NCBI GenBank assembly: GCA_020850735.1
Contig: JADZEE010000027.1
Location: forward strand, 1 to 24,000
Direction: 5' to 3'
From: Gammaproteobacteria bacterium
Lineage (GTDB): Bacteria > Pseudomonadota > Gammaproteobacteria > JADZEE01
DNA: 24,000 bases
This document shows positions 23,373 through 24,000 of this stretch, piece after piece (within the stretch, counting starts at the first letter, position 1; the number at the start of each line of letters is the position of its first letter). The notes beneath the pieces were generated by a model. The model saw only the letters and a program-made list of their open reading frames with translations, made no database searches and had not been told where the DNA came from. The position numbers and the translations under genes were made by a program.

Positions 23373-24000
23373 GGCAGCCAGTCCAGCAGATCGCCCCAGT
23401 CCGGCAGGGTCGGGATGTTGAACGGGAGCGAGTAGAAATTCTGTTTCTGCTGCAGCCACATGGCAACCATGCGATCGGATTCGGTGGTCTCCACCAGGCG
23501 CGCATTCCAGAACGGGCTGAAAGCGCTGCCGTTCTCCACCAGGCCGTCGGCGCGACGGAACAGGGCGAAGTCGTTGGGACGGTAGAAATACAGCTCGGCC
23601 TTGGCGATGGCCGCGATCTCGTTGTCCGCGGGCCGATCGGTCAGCGCCAGGTTGCCGGTCGGGTTCGCCGCCGTGGCGCTCCAGACGTCGTCGATTTCCT
23701 TCACCAGGCCGAGGATGAGGTAGGGCGCTTCGAAGCCCCAGGGATCGGTCTGTTCCTCGGTGTCGAGGTAGGACGGCAGACCCTTGTAAGACGTGTTCGG
23801 CTTGTGATTGGGCTTGGGCATGGTGTTCATGACCACCGGCACCTGGCAGGGGCCGCCGGGCGTTACGCAGGGGATGGGTGGATCGGTGAGCGCCGGTATG
23901 AACGGTACGCCCAGCGACCAGGCGGTATTGATCAGATGCGCATTGCCATAGTCCCGCGGCGAGAACTGATTGGTCAGGGGATTGAGGTCGCCGATGTCGA
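23369..24000 (-). CDS. C-terminal part of a larger tad-locus protein (TadG-like?), truncated by the window edge
   Basis: My hand translation shows the reading frame stays open upstream of the listed GTG 23842 all the way to base 24000 (...DIGDLNPLTNQFSPRDYGNAHLINTAWSLGVPFIPALTDPPIPCVTPGGPCQVPVVMNT...). The gene therefore continues beyond the window. 'AELYFYRPNDFALFRRADGLVENGSAFSPFWNARLVE' resembles the C-terminal region I associate with TadG-type proteins (from memory, unverified). Confidence 0.5.
   Translation of the reverse strand, partial: DIGDLNPLTNQFSPRDYGNAHLINTAWSLGVPFIPALTDPPIPCVTPGGPCQVPVVMNTMPKPNHKPNTSYKGLPSYLDTEEQTDPWGFEAPYLILGLVKEIDDVWSATAANPTGNLALTDRPADNEIAAIAKAELYFYRPNDFALFRRADGLVENGSAFSPFWNARLVETTESDRMVAMWLQQKQNFYSLPFNIPTLPDWGDLLDWLP

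Noticed and set aside
22327-23505. N-terminal ~390 aa of the listed 628-aa ORF 21619..23505
   Set aside because: This part is Arg/His/Pro/Gly-rich nonsense overlapping, in another frame, the TadG/E-like gene. Only the part from ATG 22326 (signal peptide onward) looks like a protein.

Overview
High-GC, proteobacterium-like 24-kb window with three blocks. (1) Bases 1-8350, + strand: a tightly packed defence operon. A type I R-M system (hsdR cut by the left window edge, hsdM, hsdS) runs with overlapping junctions into a 56-aa ORF resembling the first ~45 residues of an Mrr/PD-(D/E)XK nuclease domain. This is followed by a 730-aa long prokaryotic Argonaute with a degenerate catalytic tetrad, then a 386-aa protein with a C-terminal D...EVK (PD-(D/E)XK) nuclease motif and an unrecognised N-terminal domain. 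The Argonaute-nuclease pair, and its apparent co-transcription with the R-M genes, is the most interesting part of the window. (2) Bases 8351-11764: about 1.1 kb of ORF-poor, hairpin-rich sequence, then a mobile-element-style module on the + strand: a tyrosine-recombinase-like protein, an AlpA-like DNA-binding protein, and a Phd/YefM-ParE/RelE toxin-antitoxin pair. (3) Bases 11765-24000, - strand: one long tad/cpa (Flp, type IVc pilus) operon that runs off the right edge. It is non-canonical in several ways: the CpaF ATPase carries an N-terminal FHA domain and no TadZ/CpaE gene is present; CpaB has a ~300-aa repeat-rich C-terminal extension whose terminal motif recurs in a neighbouring 196-aa secreted protein; the TadD-like TPR lipoprotein contains a near-perfect 186-bp tandem repeat; a DUF192 gene is embedded; and three prepilin-like proteins share an RGQAxxE leader junction. 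No rRNA, tRNA or CRISPR array was seen by eye. Many listed ORFs are antisense or off-frame shadows typical of high-GC DNA. All family assignments rest on motif recognition by eye, with no database search.
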